From Bacteroidaceae bacterium (GTDB lineage Bacteria; Bacteroidota; Bacteroidia; Bacteroidales; Barnesiellaceae_A): a DNA stretch of 64,000 nucleotides. The stretch is from positions 96,767-160,766 of the forward strand of contig JAFUOV010000012.1 of assembly GCA_017481745.1 (NCBI GenBank). The letters run 5' to 3'. Below, piece by piece: positions 60,247-64,000 of the stretch. Position 1 is the first letter of the stretch; the number at the start of each line of letters is the position of its first letter. Position numbers and translations under genes: made by a program. Below the pieces are notes generated by a model that saw only the letters and a list, made by a program, of their open reading frames with translations, was not told the origin of the DNA and searched no databases.

Positions 60247-60999
60247 ATGGCACAAGTAGAAGTAAAAGATAACGGCGGTAAAAAGAAAAAAGGTCAACAG
60301 AAGAAAATGAATATCCATGTGGACTTTACGCCCATGGTGGATATGAACATGCTTCTTATTACCTTCTTCATGCTCTGTACGACTATGACTGAAAGCCGTA
60401 CCATGGACTTGGTAATGCCCAGTAAAGACGCCGTAACGGAAGAACAACAAAGTAAATTGAAAGCTTCGGAGGCTATTACTATCCTCATTGGCGATAACGA
60501 TAAAGTATTCTACTATCTTGGTGAGCCCGACTATAAGGACTTTAACTCTTTGGTAGAGACTTCGTTGAATCCCGAAGATGAAAATAGCATTCGTAACCTC
60601 CTTCTCGACCGTAACGAAGAAGTTATCGGTTTGGTTGACGAGGCCAACAAGGCTTACGAAGAGGGTCAAGCCAATGTAAAGGCTATGCACTTGTCGAAAG
60701 CCGATACCGAAGCCAAGCTTGCTGAACTTATGACAGTACGTGATGATGCTGTGAGTGAAGCGAAGAAAACCAAAGGTGCTCCTATGGTGGTTATTAAAGC
60801 CAAAACAACTACCGAAAATCACGACTACGTGAACGGTCCCGGTGCTACTTATTCGAGCCTCGTAGACGTTCTCGACGAAATGATTGTATGTAGTGTTGGT
60901 AAATACGCTGTAGTAGACATAACCGATGGCGACCTCTTCCTCATTGGTAACTACCTCTCGAAGGGTGAGTTGGCAGCATCAAGCGATTTTGGAAAATAA
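60247..60999 (+). CDS. exbD: ExbD/TolR family protein (second copy)
   Basis: VDFTPMVD..MLLITFFM, Y..LVD.LDEM. Confidence 0.9.
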   Translation: MAQVEVKDNGGKKKKGQQKKMNIHVDFTPMVDMNMLLITFFMLCTTMTESRTMDLVMPSKDAVTEEQQSKLKASEAITILIGDNDKVFYYLGEPDYKDFNSLVETSLNPEDENSIRNLLLDRNEEVIGLVDEANKAYEEGQANVKAMHLSKADTEAKLAELMTVRDDAVSEAKKTKGAPMVVIKAKTTTENHDYVNGPGATYSSLVDVLDEMIVCSVGKYAVVDITDGDLFLIGNYLSKGELAASSDFGK

Positions 61000-61033
61000 C
61001 CTAATTCTCACAACTAAGTAAAAGAAACAAATT

Positions 61034-61858
61034 ATGGCAAACATTGATTTGAATTCACGGAAGTGGTGCGAATTAGCGTACGAAGGCAAAAACCAAGCTT
61101 TCGGTGGTTTCGTTATCCGCCAAGAGATTGGTAAACGCCACATTATCGCTTTCATCACTTCAGTAGTTGCTATCGCCTTGGCATTCCTTATTCCTTCTCT
61201 TATCGAAAAGCTCCCCAAAGAGAAAGAGGCTGAGTTGGAATTTACAGTAACCGAGGTTGAGATGGCAAATCTCGAAGAGCAAGAAGTAGAAAAGAATGAC
61301 GAAATTGAGCCTATCGTAGAGGCACCCCCTCCACCTCCTTTGAAGAGCTCTATCAAGTTTACTGCACCGGTGATTACTGCCGATGAAAACGTAGCTGACG
61401 AAGAGGAGATTAAGACTCAAGATGAGATGACGCAGACAAGTATCAATATCTCTATTGCCGACGTGCAAGGTGTTGATACCGAAGATGCTCAAGATATTGC
61501 AGACTTCCAGGAAGTCATCGCCGAGCCCGAGCCCGAGGTTGAGAAACCTTTCGAGGCTGTTGAGCAAATGCCTCAATTCCCCGGTGGCGATGCTGCTTTG
61601 ATGAAGTACATCAGTAGCAACTTGATGTATCCTCCTGTAGCTGCCGAGAACGGTATACAAGGACGTGTTATCTTGCGTTTCGTCGTTTCTAAGACTGGTA
61701 ACATTGAGCAAATACAAGTATTGCGTAGTCCCGACCCTAGCTTGGAGAAAGAGGCTATCCGCGTTGTTAAGAGCATGCCCAAATGGGTGCCCGGTAAGCA
61801 AAACGGTGTGAGCGTACCTGTATACTTTACACTCCCTGTTACCTTCCGTCTCCAGTAA
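61034..61858 (+). CDS. tonB: Energy transducer TonB
   Basis: TM anchor, PPPPP linker, EQMPQFPGG, YP..A...GIQGRV, W.PGKQNG..V.V...LPV.F.LQ. Confidence 0.93.
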   Translation: MANIDLNSRKWCELAYEGKNQAFGGFVIRQEIGKRHIIAFITSVVAIALAFLIPSLIEKLPKEKEAELEFTVTEVEMANLEEQEVEKNDEIEPIVEAPPPPPLKSSIKFTAPVITADENVADEEEIKTQDEMTQTSINISIADVQGVDTEDAQDIADFQEVIAEPEPEVEKPFEAVEQMPQFPGGDAALMKYISSNLMYPPVAAENGIQGRVILRFVVSKTGNIEQIQVLRSPDPSLEKEAIRVVKSMPKWVPGKQNGVSVPVYFTLPVTFRLQ

Positions 61859-61886
61859 GCAACGTTATCACAACGATAATTACTTT

Positions 61887-61923
61887 AAAGCGACCCTCCT
61901 TGCGAGGGTCGCTTTCTTTTTTT
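61887..61923 (+). terminator. Intrinsic terminator
   Basis: AAAGCGACCCTC/GAGGGTCGCTTT followed by a T-run. Confidence 0.9.
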
Positions 61924-62067
61924 GTTGTTTAGCTCGGATGTTTCGGTTGTAGTGTCGGCTGGTTTGTGGTTGTTGCGCGTTAAACCGTCGGCTCAAGCAC
62001 GTGTCTATAAAATAAACGACCCGATTTTAAGATTTGTTTAAATAAAGTTGTCGTATAAGATGAGTTG

Positions 62068-62105
62068 GTAGCTTGAAAAATTGCTATCTTTGTAGCTTGA
62101 AAAAT
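62068..62105 (+). promoter_or_regulatory. -7 box TATCTTTG (62085-62092) flanked by a perfect 14-bp direct repeat
   Basis: GTAGCTTGAAAAAT at 62068-62081 and 62092-62105. Confidence 0.7.
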
Positions 62106-62126
62106 AACTTGTTAAATAAAATACCT

Positions 62127-62369
62127 ATGACCCAAGATAATAACATCGAAAAGGAAGAATTTAATGAAGAGCCCCAAAGGAAGCCCTCTGTTTTTGCCAT
62201 CGTAACAGGCGTTATAATGGTGCTTATATATGTTGGTATGGCTTTCTTGTTGCTCTTTACAACGCTGTTTGTTGGCAAAGTGCCCGAGTGGGTGCGCTAT
62301 ATGATGGGTGTTGTGTTCTTTCTGTATGCTATATTTCGCGGTTATAGAGTGTATGCAAGTAATAAATGA
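62127..62369 (+). CDS. Small two-TM membrane protein
   Basis: G.IMVLIYVGM...Y.IFRGYR; two hydrophobic helices; ATG 62127 downstream of the promoter box. Confidence 0.75.
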   Translation: MTQDNNIEKEEFNEEPQRKPSVFAIVTGVIMVLIYVGMAFLLLFTTLFVGKVPEWVRYMMGVVFFLYAIFRGYRVYASNK

Positions 62370-62373
62370 GAAA

Positions 62374-63309
62374 ATGAAATTGATTTATCGCATATTGTTG
62401 GTTGTGCTATTGCCTTTGGTGATGCTGTCGGCGTGTACTCCTCGAGTAGAAGTCGACCATCGCATGTCCGAAGGTAATATAGACTTTCTCTGTGATGAGT
62501 CTTTTGCCAACGTTCTCGAGCAACATGTCTATGTCTTTACGCGCAGTAACCCCGGCGCTTATATAGATGTGGAGCGTGCCACCGAGCGCCAGTTGGTGCA
62601 AGCGTTGCTCGATGATAGTGTGCAGTTGGTAACACTCACTCGTAAACTCACACGTGCCGAGCGTGCCAAGTTGGTAGATGAGCATCTGCGCAACTGTAAC
62701 GAAACACTTATTGCCGTAGATGCTGTGGCGTTTGTGGTAAATAAAAACAACCCCGACTCGATATTGACCGTAGATGATATTCGCCGCATACTCACAGGCG
62801 AGGTGACTCAATGGAACGAAATATTCCCGCAGTCGAAACTCGGTAAGATACAAGTGATTTTCGATAATCGTAACTCGAGTACGGTGCGTTATGCAGTCGA
62901 CTCTATTTGCGCTCCACAACCACTCTACAATGGTGTGTCGGCGGTAGAAAATAGTCTTCAAGTAGTCGACGAGGTTTCGCAACGTCGCAATGCTATCGGT
63001 GTGTTGGGTGCGAGTTGGATTGCATCGGTCGATTCTACCAAAACCCCGGTCAGGGCTCGAGTATCTCCTGTCAGAGTGAAGAAAACTCCCGAGGCAAAGC
63101 CTTTCGGTCCCTTCCAAGCTTTTATAGCAACTGCCGATTATCCCTTTTTCCGCACAATATATATGATAAATACCGAAAGCAATAACGGACTTTGTACAGG
63201 ATTTACTATCTTTGTAGCTGGACAAAGAGGTCAGAAAATTTTTGAAAAAACAAATATCTCGCCGGCTCGCATCGAAGAGCGCGCCATAAACTTGAAAGAC
63301 GAATTTTAA
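62374..63309 (+). CDS. PstS-like (PBP2) substrate-binding lipoprotein
   Basis: LSAC lipobox, DESF, IA.DAVA..VN..N, I..G....W, SST.RY, YPF.R.IY, GQKI. Confidence 0.85.
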   Translation: MKLIYRILLVVLLPLVMLSACTPRVEVDHRMSEGNIDFLCDESFANVLEQHVYVFTRSNPGAYIDVERATERQLVQALLDDSVQLVTLTRKLTRAERAKLVDEHLRNCNETLIAVDAVAFVVNKNNPDSILTVDDIRRILTGEVTQWNEIFPQSKLGKIQVIFDNRNSSTVRYAVDSICAPQPLYNGVSAVENSLQVVDEVSQRRNAIGVLGASWIASVDSTKTPVRARVSPVRVKKTPEAKPFGPFQAFIATADYPFFRTIYMINTESNNGLCTGFTIFVAGQRGQKIFEKTNISPARIEERAINLKDEF

Positions 63310-63334
63310 TAAACACAAATAACAACTTAAAGAA

Positions 63335-64000
63335 ATGAAAATGAAATTTTTTGCGACGTTGACACTCGTCGTTGCTACTGTAGCTGCTGCTTTTGCCAGC
63401 GATTACAAAGATGGTATTGAGTATTTCAAAGCCGACCAAATTGAAAATGCCAAAACTATCTTGGAGCGTACGCTCAATGATGCCACTACCGACAAGGCTG
63501 AGGCTTACTACTATTTGGGCGAAATTGAATTTCTTAACAAAAACTATGATGCTGCTGCCGGCTACTATGCAATGGGCTTGGAGGTAAATCCCGAGTATCG
63601 TTACAACCTTATAGGTCAAGGTAAACTTCAATTGATGACCGATGCCAAGGCTGCTTCAAAAATCTTCTCTGAAGCTCTCAAGGGTCAAAAGAAAAATCCC
63701 GGTTTGCAATTGGCTATTGCCAAGGCATACTACGAGACTGCAACTCCCGGTTATGAGAAATACTTGGAGAATGCTCGTAAGGCAGACAAAACATACCCCG
63801 ATATCTATGTTTTTGAAGGCGATATCTTTGCCAAAGATGGCGACAAAGGTAAGTCGGCTTCATACTACGAGATGGCACAAATGTATGACCAAAACTGTGT
63901 TGAGGCATACATCAAATACTGCCATGTGTATTTCGATATAAATTCGGCTATGGCTATCGGTATGCTCGAGGAGTTGAACAAACTCGCTCCCGAGTCGGCT
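63335..64000 (+). CDS. Tetratricopeptide repeat protein (3' end outside the window)
   Basis: Not in the ORF track. Open frame MKMKFFATLTLVVATVAAAFA-SDYKDGIEYF...AEAYYYLGEI...A..YY...L..NP with signal peptide and TPR-like repeats. Confidence 0.85.
   Translation, partial: MKMKFFATLTLVVATVAAAFASDYKDGIEYFKADQIENAKTILERTLNDATTDKAEAYYYLGEIEFLNKNYDAAAGYYAMGLEVNPEYRYNLIGQGKLQLMTDAKAASKIFSEALKGQKKNPGLQLAIAKAYYETATPGYEKYLENARKADKTYPDIYVFEGDIFAKDGDKGKSASYYEMAQMYDQNCVEAYIKYCHVYFDINSAMAIGMLEELNKLAPESA

Overview
This is a Bacteroidales (Bacteroidota) chromosomal segment: TAnnTTTG promoter boxes, AT-rich leaders without Shine-Dalgarno sites, a SusC/SusD pair and two T9SS-type C-terminal domains. The main feature is a ~16.8-kb, same-strand, 18-gene energy cluster (7157-23969). 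A complete F1Fo ATP synthase operon (atpD-C-B-E-F-H-A-G) sits inside the 11-subunit 'headless' complex I operon, between nuoH and nuoI. I see one promoter box before nuoA, a strong hairpin without a U-tract at the atpG/nuoI junction, and one terminator after nuoN. The window also has a gtrA/gtrB cassette with three paralogous GT-C-like (DUF6056-type) membrane proteins, a minimal pectin-type PUL (CE7, SusC, SusD, surface lipoprotein), an orphan Bacillus-type GH13 alpha-amylase lipoprotein, a secreted CE12 esterase, an exbB-exbD-exbD-tonB/pstS-like/TPR cluster and housekeeping genes. Non-coding oddities are two diverged copies of an ~80-bp palindromic element ending in a promoter box, a TTTAGGG heptamer array, and a perfect 14-bp direct repeat straddling a promoter. 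I saw no rRNA, tRNA, CRISPR array, transposase or integrase. All calls come from reading motifs by eye; no database searches were run.
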